NCBI RefSeq assembly: GCF_006345805.1
Contig: NC_043025.1
Location: 186,001-250,000 of the forward strand
Direction: 5' to 3'
DNA from: Octopus sinensis
Lineage: Eukaryota
Length of the DNA stretch: 64,000 nt
The position numbers and the translations under genes are program-made. Below the pieces are notes generated by a model. That model did no database searches. It was not told the DNA's origin and saw nothing but the letters and a program-made list of their open reading frames with translations. Shown here in pieces: positions 39,441-52,026 of this stretch (positions are counted from its first letter, which is position 1; each line of letters begins with the position of its first letter).

Positions 39441-40099
39441 ATAAATGTTTAGTTCATGTAGCAGTTTATAATCTCCGTTGTTAGATATAATTAAAGTTTA
39501 TAATAATTCCAGGCATTTTGAAATAATTGCCAGAAGTCATCCATCTGATAAATAATATTCAAGAAGAGAAAACATATTTAATGCATCCCGCATTAAAAGG
39601 TTAACATGTTAACCTGGGATAAACATATATGCGTGTGTATGTATGTGTATATGGTGATTAAAAGCAATATGCTGTCACAAAACCATTTTATATTCACACA
39701 ATCCTTCTTTAATTACCAGAACTATTACATTTAAATTCAAGATTAAATATTTGTTTCAAATGTTGGCACAAGGCCGGTAATTTCAGGGGACGAGATAAGT
39801 CTATTAAGCTATCCCCTATTTTAACAGGATCACATGATCCTGGATTCCTTTTAGCAGAGAATTTTTTCTGTTTATGCATTCGTGTGGGTCTCGTGTTTTG
39901 GGACTGTCTTCCTCCCACTCGCCACTCTCAAAGACCCATGTAAAAAAAACGAGGGTTATAGGCAGGGGCTTTCTCAACTGACAAACATTACGGAAATGAA
40001 ATTTATAAAAAATAACCAATGAATTTTTAAGCTATAAAACTGATTTACAAATTCTAAATCTCATTTGTGAATTGGGAATCCATCATAGACTAACTAAAA

Positions 40100-40590
40100 T
40101 GCTGGATGATTAGAGGACCATTATGTGGTATCTGGGGAGAGTCATTCTCTTTTAGTACCTTATAATTTAACACACTCACCGGTGAAATTATAAGGCAATA
40201 AAAGAGGATGACTCACTCCAAGCACAACAGAATATGCTTTAATACACGAACTCACATAAAGAATCTTGCAAACCAAATCCAAAAACGAAATAAAGGAAAA
40301 TCTTTTTTTCGTTTAATTTCCATCATTTTACATAGTTATAAACAAATTAGATTTCATATTATATTCTGGAAATGTAAATGAAAGAGAGAGTCAAAACCTT
40401 TGAAAAGGTTGCAGGACGGAACGAAAATTTTGGAAAAATAAAAAAGAAATAAGTGGAAATTTTACAGGTGAGTGCGCTAAATTATAAGTCACCCAAAAGA
40501 GGATGACTCTCCCCAGACACAACAGAATATGCTTCAACACACAAAAAATACATAAAGAATCTTGCAAACCAAATCCCAAAGCGAAATAAA
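40100..40590. repeat. Locally repeated AT-rich module (inverted about 40110-40190; direct about 40200-40300 and 40460-40590)
   Basis: aaagaggatgactc...cacaacagaatatgctt...cataaagaatcttgcaaaccaaatcc occurs twice; ggggagagtcattctctttt is the inverted form. Confidence 0.7.
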
Positions 40591-41166
40591 TGAAATGTTT
40601 TGTTACCAGAGGTTTTCGCAGTTTCTTGTCTGTAAAATACCGTATGAAATTAAAATAAAGTTCAATATAAAAGTATATTTATGTTTGAAATTGTTGTAGT
40701 GAATGTTTAACGATGTAAATGTGTAAATACAATAATATTTAGGTTTCAATATCAGGCTGATGTCCGTTTAACGTCTTGCGAGTTCTGTTCGTTGAAACAG
40801 CAGAGAGAATTATGAGACTCCCAACTGTCGCTGGTTTATATATAATGTAGCAGAAAGACGTTTATAAATGTGTGGGTGTTACTTGGACATATTTGTGTAT
40901 ATCTTTGTTTAAATGTCTTTGTTGTAGTGTCTCTGTTGGTGGATGTGTATATTGCTGTGTGTATATGTTTGATTAAAGGATGTGTGTGTGTGTGTGTTGC
41001 AGTGTATATGTATGCTGATGTTATCCAGTATTCCCACACACCGTGTGAATATATCTTTCCCGTATCTCCTATTCCTGTCAACATACATTCTTTATCTCAA
41101 TGCTTACGTCATCTTCAATATTCTTTTCTATTCTAGGCCCAAGGCCCGAGCTTTTGGGTGAGGGGC

Positions 41167-41408
41167 TGTGGTGTATGCGGAAGGTTCCCTGTGGTTGGCT
41201 CCAGTGCAAAAGACCGGATCAGTTCCTGTTGCTACGTGACTGGCAAGGAATAACTCAAGTTCTCATCCCAGCAGAAAAGCAAGACATACTTTTCCCTTAC
41301 TTTGTCGAAGTGCTCACACATCCAGCACTGACGGCTGCCCCAATCGAAAAGGCCCCCTGCGCCCTTCTTCTTCAGGTCAGCTCCCCAGCTGCTGACGTCA
41401 TCCCACAC
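41167..41408 (-). repeat. 3' LTR, 242 bp
   Basis: TGTGG...CCACA ends; purine-rich tract aagataagggtggcg just upstream on the minus strand. Confidence 0.85.
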
Positions 41409-44260
41409 GCCACCCTTATCTTAAAGAACATATTCTCTCTACTCCACGTCGAAGTCCACTATCCAACCGGGAGGGCACCTTGCGCGTCGAGATTTTCTCG
41501 GGCTAGGCACCTCGTTCTCCTCCTCTCCACAATCGTCATCCGACTAAGCGACAATCCTGCGAAGGTCCAAGACATGTCACGGCATTCCATCCACGGAGAC
41601 ATTGTTTCTGGAATTGACCGCCGTCTCCATTGATACGTACAGCGCGCCTTCGGTGGCTTAACCCAGACTTCCTCCCCTATTTTCACGCAGGCGTGTCTCT
41701 TCTCTTCTTCGTGACACTCCGCCGCTTTACTCGATGCCTCCATTCGTATTTAAATAGCGCTCTGTGTGGCACGGATTCTTCAGCTTTTCCGGATCGGAGA
41801 GACATGTTGTACCAGAAAACTGCTTCCAGCGGCGAAATGTGTCCTCTTTCCGCTATGACCTTGACTGTCCGATGGTTCCTCTCCACGATTCCGTTACTGT
41901 TCGGCCTATATACTGCTCTGAACAAGCGATGCAATTTTCGCCGTCTGAGCATATCCCTCAACGCTTCCGAACGAAACGCCGCCCCGTTGTCCATTAGCAG
42001 TTCTTCCACGGGCCCTCTCTCTAAAAATATCCCGTTCAAAATCTGCGCAATCTCGTCAGTAATGCCCGTCCTCAACTCCCTCCAAATGGCCAGCTAGCCC
42101 GGACTGCAGTCGACCATGGAGAGATACTTTCCCTGTCGTTAATGCGTCACAACCACAGCAAGTCACTTCCAGTTGTGCTCCACCGAAAGGTTTCCTTGCT
42201 GATGCTCACACGGAGCAGGGTCAATGGGCTGACACTAGTCGCGGCTCCCGACCACTTTCCGGGTGCTTCTCCTAGTGACGTCAGCATCAATCATCTTCGC
42301 AAGATATTGGATCCTGTTCACACCTAAGTGATGCATAGCGTGCAGTCTCTTCAGTTCGGAGTCACCCAACCGACACGCCGCAGCTATCCCTTTCTGTGCC
42401 TCCTCCGGCTCCTCCAACCACGCCCTTTTCACCCTGGTCAGTGCGTCTGCCCTGTTTCTCTTGGAAGGCACGAAAACCACGTTTAGCTTCAGTCCGAACT
42501 CGGCAATCAATTCTCCTAGATCTCCTAGACGTCGCTTCACCAACATCTCCGCGGCACCTTTCGTCCGATCTCTTCTCTCACCGATGAGCACCGATCCTAC
42601 CCAGCCAAGCATAGTGGCCGGATTTCGATTGACCGCAGCCCCCTTTTAAAGGGCTAAGTTCACCCCCTTCAGCATCTAGTCTAATTCGGTAACATTGGTG
42701 TGGTTAAAGCCGTCTGCTTTCCGAAGCCAGGCCGCGACCTCCACCTCAGTGCCTTCGATCTCCAACACAACCCCTATCGCTATACTGCTATCCTCACACC
42801 AGACGGTCCCGTATTCCGTTTGGGCACATACCAGTTCCCCCTGACCGGGTCTTCCGCTCTCGTCCTCTCTAGGATTTCCCACATCATCGCCACCTTGTTG
42901 CCTTAACTCTCCCCTTCCGCCCGTCTCTTGATATAACTGCACGCTGTGTGCAGCCATCTAGCGATCGAGTAGTGACCGACCGACTTCCCACACACCGAGA
43001 ACAGCTCTCTCCTGCTGACGCTGGAACTCAGCTTTGGGATTTCATTTCCTTTTCGGGACACCAACTCTCTCGATCTATCTCTTCGCAGCTTCAGCCCCAG
43101 TGCAACTCCCCCTTCCATCGACTCCGGTGGTTTCGCAATCAGTCCGAACTTCTCCAGATGTCTCACTACCTCGTTGGCTGGCACTACAGTTTTGTCCACC
43201 AAAATGTTGTCTATGTAGGAACTGGTGTCCTTTCTAATCTTGTCCTCCTTCTTAAACAGTACGCCATGCCCTTGTACCGCACCATCTGATATCGCGACAG
43301 TTTGTCGCTTACATGGAGCTGCAAGTATGCCGATTTCAAGTCAACAATCGTCGCTGCCTTGGTCGACTGTCTCCACACACATAACACCTCGCCACAAACG
43401 TCGGTTGCCTTGCCACCCGTGTGGAACGATATATTCGCGTTTAGCTCTCTAAAGTCCAGCACTAGTCTGACTTTTCCCTTCGTCGGCTGCACCACCGCCT
43501 AAGAGGTAGCACTCCGCCCACTACCTCCTCCTCCCACGGAGCAACGACTCCTTCCTCGATCCACCTCTCTATCTCGTCTTCGAACTCAAGCCTGGCGTGA
43601 CCGTTCAGGGTACGCTGGTAGCAGCTCACCCTGTTCTTCAGCATCGGGGGCTCGTCTTTCCATCACCACTCTATCGTCCACCGCTGACCATCGAATGCCG
43701 CCTGAAAATCCTTGTCCTCGATGGTGTAAGTGGCGCAGTCCCTCGCGGGGCTCTGCTTTCTATGGCGACCCTGACTCACAGCGCACGACACCCCCACACT
43801 TCCGAACGTGATCTCATCTCTACAATACTGACGCCACCGAGGCGGTTGATAGCGTCCACCCCCATCACCACATCAACCCCGTCTATTACGCGTTCAACCA
43901 CAATTACCTGCAGCCTTAGCGTCGCGCCTCGCACCTCTATCTCTACCTTGCTGCTGCCTTTGCAACGGATTTCGCTGCCGTCGACCGCCCGGACGCTACT
44001 TGCCCCATTCCATTTCTTCGTCACCCTTGAATTCCCGAGGCTGGTCGTGCAACCCGTATCTAGAGTCAACGTGCTCCCTTCCAAACAGAGTGCCATAAGG
44101 CTGGCCACATCGCTAATGCCCTGCAATCTCGCCACAATCCTAATTTTACGCATCCAGGCCACTACATCGCCCTCATCATTAGATGGTCTGATAACGTCGC
44201 TGGCGATTCTGATTTTAGCTGCCATCGTGTTGACGACGTATGTGGAGTGCCGAAATAGCG

Positions 44261-44549
44261 TGTGGTGTAAGCGGGGAATTAGAAGTAAAGACACCTACCT
44301 TCTCTTCGACAACGCAGAACTCCCCGGTGGTAACGCATCCGTCCACGTGGCCCGATCCGAACGCTAAAAATAGCAGCTGCTTTTCCCTTACCTTGTCGAA
44401 GCGCTCACACGTTCAGCACTGTCGGTTACCCCGATCGTCCCTTGCCTGCGCGCGCGTCACTCCTGCACCTTACCTCTTCCGGTCAGCTCCCAAGTTCCGG
44501 TCAGCTCCCAAGTTCCGATCAGCTCCCCAGCTGTTGACTTCATCCCACA
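44261..44549 (-). repeat. 5' LTR, 289 bp, with 3 copies of an 18-bp unit (ccggtcagctcccaagtt)
   Basis: Shares tgtggtgta(a/t)gcgg, cttttcccttac...cagcactg and tcagctccccagctg..gac.tcatcccaca with the 3' LTR. Confidence 0.85.
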
Positions 44550-44835
44550 GGGTCCAGTCGATTAGATCGACCCCAGTACGTAACTGGTATTTAATTTATC
44601 AACACCGAAATGATGAAAGGCAAAATCGACCTCGGCGGAATTTGAACTCAGAACTTAACGGTAGACGAAATACCTATTTCTTTACTACCCACAAGGGGCT
44701 AAACATAGAGGCGACAAATAAGGATAGACAAACGGATTAAGTCGATTATATCGACCCCAGTGCGTAACTGGTACTTATTTAATCGACCCCGAAAGGATGA
44801 AAGGCAAAGTCTACCTCGGCGGAATTTGAACTCTT
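44550..44835 (-). mobile_element. SINE family A dimer, split by the Gypsy insertion (rest of tail at 41131-41166)
   Basis: ctaggcccaaggcccgagcttttgggtgaggggc | element | gggtccagtcgattagatcgacccc rebuilds the tail-2 sequence seen at 18845-18900 and 59500-59555. Confidence 0.85.
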
Positions 44836-44845
44836 AGCTGCGGAG

Positions 44846-45332
44846 GATGACATGAAAAGCCTTGACTATTGGCATCGACTCAAAAAGCTCAGGCTTTGCT
44901 CCCTCCACGGCCGCTGTAAGCTCTATATCATCTGTATGATGTGGAAAATATTTCATCAACATTGCCCATCTTTAAAATTCGTCCGAGGCTTGGCCCTCGT
45001 GCCATCCGTCCACTACAGAAATGTTCGTGTCGTATCACAACACTATGACAGAACTATTTCACCTCAATTGACCCTGCTCTCTTCAACATCGTGTCAAATA
45101 CACACAAAGGAGGAAAGTGACTTCGCGGTATTCAAACTATCCCCAGATGATTACCCCAACAAATACCAGATAAACCACCCACACCCAGTTATGCCTCTGT
45201 AAACAATAACCCTCTGCTTGAATGGGCTACGGTTCCCCAGAGCTGACTGTGTATCTTTTCCAGGTGGTGCTATTAAATTAGACATGGCCTGAGTCAACTT
45301 CGGCCGAAACTTATCTAAGTAATCTAATCTAG
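44846..45332 (+). mobile_element. 5'-truncated CR1-group LINE, sister subfamily
   Basis: LDYWHRLKKLRLCSL...YIICMMWKIFHQHCP; 3' UTR aligns with 33330-33496. Confidence 0.88.
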
Positions 45333-45770
45333 GCTGTAACCTTTTAATCAAAGCGTGACAACGTGGGTAGAGGCTGATATCTTAACATTTCTGGCGGTCT
45401 TAAGTATAAAAAAAAATTATTAAATATTTATATAGAACTACATTGAGTGTATGTCTATAATCGATTGTGTTTAGACCTGGTTTCTATCCTCAAACTGTTC
45501 AGTTTTGTAGATGCAATTTTGTTTTTAATAAGGTACTCCGAAATTAGAAAAATCAAAAATCTGCAACAATCTCGGTCCCATGAGTATCGGATAATGGATT
45601 TTCAACTGTGTAAAGAAACTGATTGTGGTGATCGTAGTTTTGACGGCGATTGGTGGTGAAAGCAGAGACAGTGTTGATGATGACGATGGTCGAGATAAGT
45701 ATGGAGGATAAAATAGTATCGATGGTTAGATTGGCGACAGGAGCGGTGTGATGTGTGATGCTGAGGTGAT

Positions 45771-46007
45771 GGTGGTAATGCTGGCAGAATCGTTAGCACG
45801 CAGGGCGAAATGCGTAGCCGTATTGCGTCTGCCGTTACGTTCTGAGTTCAAATTCCGCCGAGGTCAGCTTTGTCTTTCATCCTTTCGGAGTCGATTAAAT
45901 AAGTACCAGTTACGCACTGGGGTCGATGTAATCGACTTAATCCGTTTGTCTGTCCTTGTTTAGCCCTCTGTGTTTAGCCCCTTGTGGGTAGTAAAGAAAT
46001 AGGTATT
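45771..46007 (+). mobile_element. SINE family A monomer (reference copy)
   Basis: gctggcagaatcgttagc (A-box region), gagttcaaattcc (B-box), tail ending aaagaaataggtatt. Confidence 0.88.
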
Positions 46008-46019
46008 GCAGTGGTTATA

Positions 46020-46319
46020 AGGTTGTGGTGGTGAAAGTGACTGGCAAGGTAACCGTCATTATAACGTTGATGGCGGTGTATGTGGTTGAAGTGGAAGCCA
46101 TGACAGTGCTGCTGCTGATGGTGGTGGTCGTGGTAGGATAGTTGTGGTGGTGAATGTGATATGGTGGTGGTGGTGAATGGTGGTGATAGTGGTAGGATAG
46201 TTGTGGTGGTGGTGGTGGTAGTGGCTGGTGGTGATAGTGGTAGGATAGTTGTGGTGGTGGTGGTGGTGGTGGCTGGTGGTGGTCGTGGTAGGATACTTGT
46301 GGTGGTGAATGTGATATGG

Positions 46320-46350
<31 letters not shown>

Positions 46351-46360
46351 GGCTGTGTGT
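46020..46360. repeat. (GGT)n-rich degenerate repeat
   Basis: Repeats of gtggtaggatagttgtggtggtg; related to 48770-48900 and 52030-52155. Confidence 0.85.
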
Positions 46361-46397
46361 GTATCACTCAACTTTTAGGTAATTGTTGTTTCTTTTT

Positions 46398-46710
46398 AGG
46401 CGCAGGAGTGGTTGTGTGGTAAGTAGCTTGCTTACCAACCACATGGTTCCGGGTTCAGTCCCACCGCGTGGCACATTGGGCAAGTGTCTTCTGCTATAGC
46501 CTCAGGCCGACCAAAGCCTTGTCTGTGTTTGTTCCCCCTAACATCGCTTGACAACAGATGCTGGTGTGTTTACGTCCCCATAACCTAGCGGTTCAGCAAA
46601 TGTGACCGATAGAATAAGTACTATTCTTACAAAGAATATGTCTTGGGGTGATTTGCTTGTTTAAGGCGGTGCTCTAGCATGGCCGCAGCCAAATGCCTCA
46701 AACAAGTAAA
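46398..46710 (+). mobile_element. SINE family B with an internal deletion
   Basis: ccaaagccttgt|ctgtgtttgttccccc junction removes the central TA tract. Confidence 0.85.
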
Positions 46711-47296
46711 AAATTTTTTAAAAAATCAAGTTGTATGGTTAAACTAGGTTCCTCTTATCATTGATGTATAAAAACTGATTCAGATGATTCCTGTTTTTAA
46801 AGGATTTTTTTTTTAATCATATGACTGTATTAATTTTTTTTTTACCCCCGCCAAGGAGGTTATATGCTTGTCTGAGAAATTGGGCGATTTTAGGCATTCA
46901 TGCTAATGGGTGGAAATAAGCTACTTGGCGAAGGTTTTCTAGTTCATTCTAATTTATTCTTTTATTTATTCGATATTCTCTCGCTTCGAACCAAGCAGTT
47001 TCGTCTGCGCACATGCATCAACATGTGAACACCGTCTGCTGCTCATTTAGACGCATTCTTTTATTGTATTAGGTTCGCCCGGCTTGAAACAAACTTTCCC
47101 ACACTATGAATAGTTGATTGTGTTGAATATATTTTCTTTGAAAAGCCGGAAAGCTTTACGGGAGAATAAGACATGAGGCTATTCTTTCATTTAACAGGGG
47201 TGTGCGTACATACATGCATGCGCACCAATATATAAGCGTATACATAGATATACACACTTACACATACACTTGCACACACACGGAGATGTCACTCAG

Positions 47297-48766
47297 ATAA
47301 AAGGCAAAGTCGACTCCGGCGGAATTTGAACTCAGAAGGTAACAGCAGACGGAATACCTATTTCTTTACTACCCACAAGGAGCTAAACACAGAGGGGACA
47401 ATTGAAGAGAGACAAACGGATTAAGTGGATTACATCGACCCCAGTGCGTAACTGGTACTTAATTTATCGACCCCGAAAGTATAAAAGGCAAAGTCGAACT
47501 CGGCAGAATTGGAACTCAGAACGTAACAGCAGACGGAATACCTATTTCTTTCTACCCACAAGGGGCTAAACGAAGAGAGGACAAACAAGGACAGACAAAT
47601 GGATTAAGTAGATTATATCGAAACCAGTGCGTAACTGGTACTTATTCAATCGACTCCGAAAGAATAAAAGGCAATGTCGACCTCGGTGTATTTTTGAACT
47701 CAGAACGTAACAGCAGGCGGAATACCTATTTCTTTCTACCCACAAGGGGCTAAACGAAGAGAGGACAAACAAGGACAGACAAATGGATTAAGTAGATTAT
47801 ATCGAAACCAGTGCGTAACTGGTACTTATTCAATCGACTCCGAAAGAATAAAAGGCAATGTCGACCTCGGTGTATTTTTGAACTCAGAACGTAACAGCAG
47901 GCGGAATACCTATTTCTTTCTACCCACAAGGGGCTAAACGAAGAGAGGACAAATAAAGATAGACAAACGGATTAAGTAGATTATATCGAAACCAGTGCGT
48001 AACTGGTACTTATTCAATCGACTCCGAAAGAATAAAAGGCAATGTCGACCTCGGTGTATTTTTGAACTCAGAACGTAACAGCAGGCGGAATACCTATTTC
48101 TTTACTACCCACAAGGGGCTAAACACAGAGAGGATAAACAAGGACAGACAAACGGATTAAGTAGATTATATCGACGCCAGTGCGTAACTGGTACTTATTC
48201 AATCGACTCCGAAAGAATAAAAGGCAATGTCGACCTCGGTGTATTTTTGAACTCAGAACGTAACAGCAGGCGGAATACCTATTTCTTTACTACCCACAAG
48301 GGGCTAAACACAGAGAGGATAAACAAGGACAGACAAACGGATTAAGTAGATTATATCGAAACCAGTGCGTAACTGGTACTTATTCAATCGACTCCGAAAG
48401 AATAAAAGGCAATGTCGACCTCGGTGTATTTTTGAACTCAGAACGTAACAGCAGGCGGAATACCTATTTCTTTACTACCCACAAGGGGCTAAACACAGAG
48501 AGGATAAACAAGGACAGACAAACGGATTAAGTAGATTATATCGAAACCAGTGCGTAACTGGTACTTATTCAATCGACTCCGAAAGAATAAAAGGCAATGT
48601 CGACCTCGGTGTATTTTTGAACTCAGAACGTAACAGCAGGCGGAATACCTATTTCTTTACTACCCACAAGGGGCTAAACACAGAGAGGATAAACAAGGAC
48701 AGACAAACGGATTAAGTCGATTATATCGACGCCAGTGCGTAACTGGTACTTAATTTATCGACTCCC
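47297..48766 (-). repeat. Tandem array 1: 8 SINE-A-derived units of 183-185 bp
   Basis: ccagtgcgtaactgg at 47441, 47624, 47808, 47992, 48177, 48362, 48547, 48732. Confidence 0.97.
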
Positions 48767-48971
48767 AATGGTGAAAAGCTATGGTGGTATATGTGGTCGA
48801 AGTGGAAGCAATGATAATACTGATGATAATGTTTGTAGTCGTAGTGGTGGTGTTAGTGGTAGGATATTTGTGGTGGTGGTGGTGGTGGTGGTGGTGATGT
48901 ATTTAATTGCTTCAAATGATTCCTGTTTTGAAAGGGTTTTTTTTTTTTAATTATATGGCCGTGTTATCTTT

Positions 48972-49105
48972 TTTTACCCTCGCCAAGGAGGTTATATTTC
49001 TGCTGATGTTTGTTTGAGAAATTGGCTATTTTTGGGGCATTCGTGTATATGGGTGGAAATGGGTTGCTTGGCGGAGGTCTGCGCTCTTTGGGTGCCTTTC
49101 TAGTT
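48972..49105 (+). mobile_element. Helentron/Helitron2-type short element (HINE-like); copies at 46841-46944 (deleted) and 52228-52361
   Basis: Sub-terminal inverted repeat ccctcgccaag / cttggcggagg; 3' hairpin gcgctc-ttt-gggtgc; ends ctagtt; T-rich site. Confidence 0.55.
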
Positions 49106-49457
49106 CATTCTAATTTATTCTTTTATTTATTCGATATTCTCTCGCTTCGAACCAAGCAGTTTCGTCTGCGCACATGCATCAACATGTGAACACCGTCTGC
49201 TGCACATTTAGACGCATTCTTTTATTGTATTAGGTTCGCCCGGCTTGAAACAAACTTTCCCACACTATGAATAGTTGATTGTGTTGAATATATTTTCTTT
49301 GAAAAGCCGGAAAGCTTTGCGAGAGAATAAGACATGAGGCTATTCTTTCATTTAACAGGGGTGTGCGTACATACTTGCATGCGCACCAATATATAAGCGT
49401 ATACATAGATATACACACTTACACATACACTTACACACACACGGAGATGTCACTCAG

Positions 49458-52026
49458 ATAAAAGGCAAAGTCGACTCCGGCGGAATTTGAACTCAGAAGG
49501 TAACAGCAGACGGAATACCTATTTCTTTACTACCCACAAGGAGCTAAACACAGAGGGGACAATTGAAGACAGACAAACGGATTAAGTGGATTACATCGAC
49601 CCCAGTGCGTAACTGGTACTTAATTTATCGACCCCGAAATTATAAAAGGCAAAGTCGAACTCGGCAGAATTGGAACTCAGAACGTAACAGCAGACGGAAT
49701 ACCTATTTCTTTCTACCCACAAGGGGCTAAACGAAGAGAGGACAAATAAAGATAGACAAACGGATTAAGTAGATTATATCGAAACCAGTGCGTAACTGGT
49801 ACTTATTCAATCGACTCCGAAAGAATAAAAGGCAATGTCGACCTCGGTGTATTTTTGAACTCAGAACGTAACAGCAGGCGGAATACCTATTTCTTTCTAC
49901 CCACAAGGGGCTAAACGAAGAGAGGACAAATAAAGATAGACAAACGGATTAAGTAGATTATATCGAAACCAGTGCGTAACTGGTACTTATTCAATCGACT
50001 CCGAAAGATAAAAGGCAATGTCGACCTCGGTGTTTTTTGAACTCAGAACGTAACAGCAGGCGGAATACCTATTTCTTTCTACCCACAAGGGGCTAAACGA
50101 AGAGAGGACAAATAAAGATAGACAAACGGATTAAGTAGATTATATCGAAACCAGTGCGTAACTGGTACTTATTCAATCGACTCCGAAAGAATAAAAGGCA
50201 ATGTCGACCTCGGTGTATTTTTGAACTCAGAACGTAACAGCAGGCGGATACCTATTTCTTTACTACCCACAAGGGGCTAACACAGAGAGGATAAACAAGG
50301 ACAGACAAACGGATTAAGTAGATTATATCGACGCCAGTGCGTAACTGGTACTTATTCAATCGACTCCGAAAGAATAAAAGGCAATGTCGACCTCGGTGTA
50401 TTTTTGAACTCAGAACGTAACAGCAGGCGGAATACCTATTTCTTTACTACCCACAAGGGGCTAAACACAGAGAGGATAAACAAGGACAGACAAACGGATT
50501 AAGTAGATTATATCGAAACCAGTGCGTAACTGGTACTTATTCAATCGACTCCGAAAGATAAAAGGCAATGTCGACCTCGGTGTATTTTTGAACTCAGAAC
50601 GTAACAGCAGGCGGAATACCTATTTCTTTACTACCACAAGGGGCTAAACACAGAGAGGATAAACAAGGACAGACAACGGATTAAGTAGATTATATCGAAA
50701 CCAGTGCGTAACTGGTACTTATTCAATCGACTCCGAAAGAATAAAAGGCAATGTCGACCTCGGTGTATTTTTGAACTCAGAACGTAACAGCAGGCGGAAT
50801 ACCTACTTCTTTACTACCCACAAGGGGCTAAACACAGAGAGGATAACAAGGACAGACAACGGATTAAGTAGATTATATCGAAACCAGTGCGTAACTGGTA
50901 CTTATTCAACGACTCCGAAAGAATAAAAGGCAATGTCGACCTCGGTGTATTTTTGAACTCAGAACGTAACAGCAGGCGGAATACCTATTTCTTTACTACC
51001 CACAAGGGGCTAAACACAGAGAGGATAAACAAGGACAGACAAACGGATTAAGTAGATTATATCGAAACCAGTGCGTAACTGGTACTTATTCAATCGACTC
51101 CGAAAGATAAAAGGCAATGTCGACCTCGGTGTATTTTTGAACTCAGAACGTAACAGCAGGCGGAATACCTATTTCTTACTACCCACAAGGGGCTAAACAC
51201 AGAGAGGATAAACAAGGACAGACAAACGGATTAAGTAGATTATATCGAAACCAGTGCGTAACTGGTACTTATTCAAACGACTCCGAAAGAATAAAAGGCA
51301 ATGTCGGCCTGGTGTATTTTTGAACTCAGAACGTAACAGCAGGCGGAATACCTATTTCTTTACTACCCACAAGGGGCTAAACACAGAGAGGATAAACAAG
51401 GACAGACAAACGGATTAAGTAGATTATATCGAAACCAGTGCGTAACTGGTACTTATTCAATCGACTCCGAAAGAATAAAAGGCAATGTCGACCTCGGTGT
51501 ATTTTTGAACTCAGAACGTAACAGCAGGCGGAATACCTATTTCTTTACTACCCACAAGGGGCTAAACACAGAGAGGATAAACAAGGACAGACAAACGGAT
51601 TAAGTCGATTATATCGACGCCAGTGCGTAACTGGTACTTAATTTATCGACACCGAAAGAATAAAAGGCAATGTCGACCTCGGTGTATTTTTGAACTCAGA
51701 ACGTAACAGCAGGCGGAATACCTATTTCTTTACTACCCACAAGGGGCTAAACACAGAGAGGATAAACAAGGACAGACAAACGGATTAAGTCGATTATATC
51801 GACGCCAGTGCGTAACTGGTACTTATTCAATCGACTCCGAAAGAATAAAAGGCAATGTCGACCTCGGTGTATTTTTGAACTCAGAACGTAACAGCAGGCG
51901 GAATACCTATTTCTTTACTACCCACAAGGGGCTAAACACAGAGAGGATAAACAAGGACAGACAAACGGATTAAGTCGATTATATCGACACCAGTGCGTAA
52001 CTGGTACTTAATTTATCGACCCCGAA
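49458..52026 (-). repeat. Tandem array 2: 14 SINE-A-derived units of 182-185 bp
   Basis: ccagtgcgtaactgg at 49602, 49785, 49969, 50151, 50334, 50519, 50701, 50884, 51068, 51251, 51435, 51620, 51805, 51990. Confidence 0.97.

Larger units (their letters stand above)
41167..44549 (-). mobile_element. Ty3/Gypsy LTR retrotransposon, degenerate (gag and RT internally deleted)
   Basis: Minus-strand order: gag start (ATG 44225), protease LDTGC, RT (KVRLVLDFRELN, VDLKSAYLQ, YIDNIL), RNase H (NRADALTR), integrase (HHLG, MVDC, LLMDNGAAF, SNGIVERNHRTVK). TSD GGGGC/GGGTC. Confidence 0.93.

Noticed and set aside
39480-39604. Second piggyBac-like end (aaaagg|ttaa)
   Set aside because: Only a short terminal match, with no partner end found.
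43597-44367. 256-aa plus-strand ORF antisense to gag/protease
   Set aside because: GC-rich shadow ORF with no domain signal; it crosses the gag deletion junction.
47297-52026. CRISPR-like array
   Set aside because: The units are whole ~185-bp near-identical repeats with no unique spacers, derive from a SINE, have no cas genes nearby, and the context is eukaryotic.
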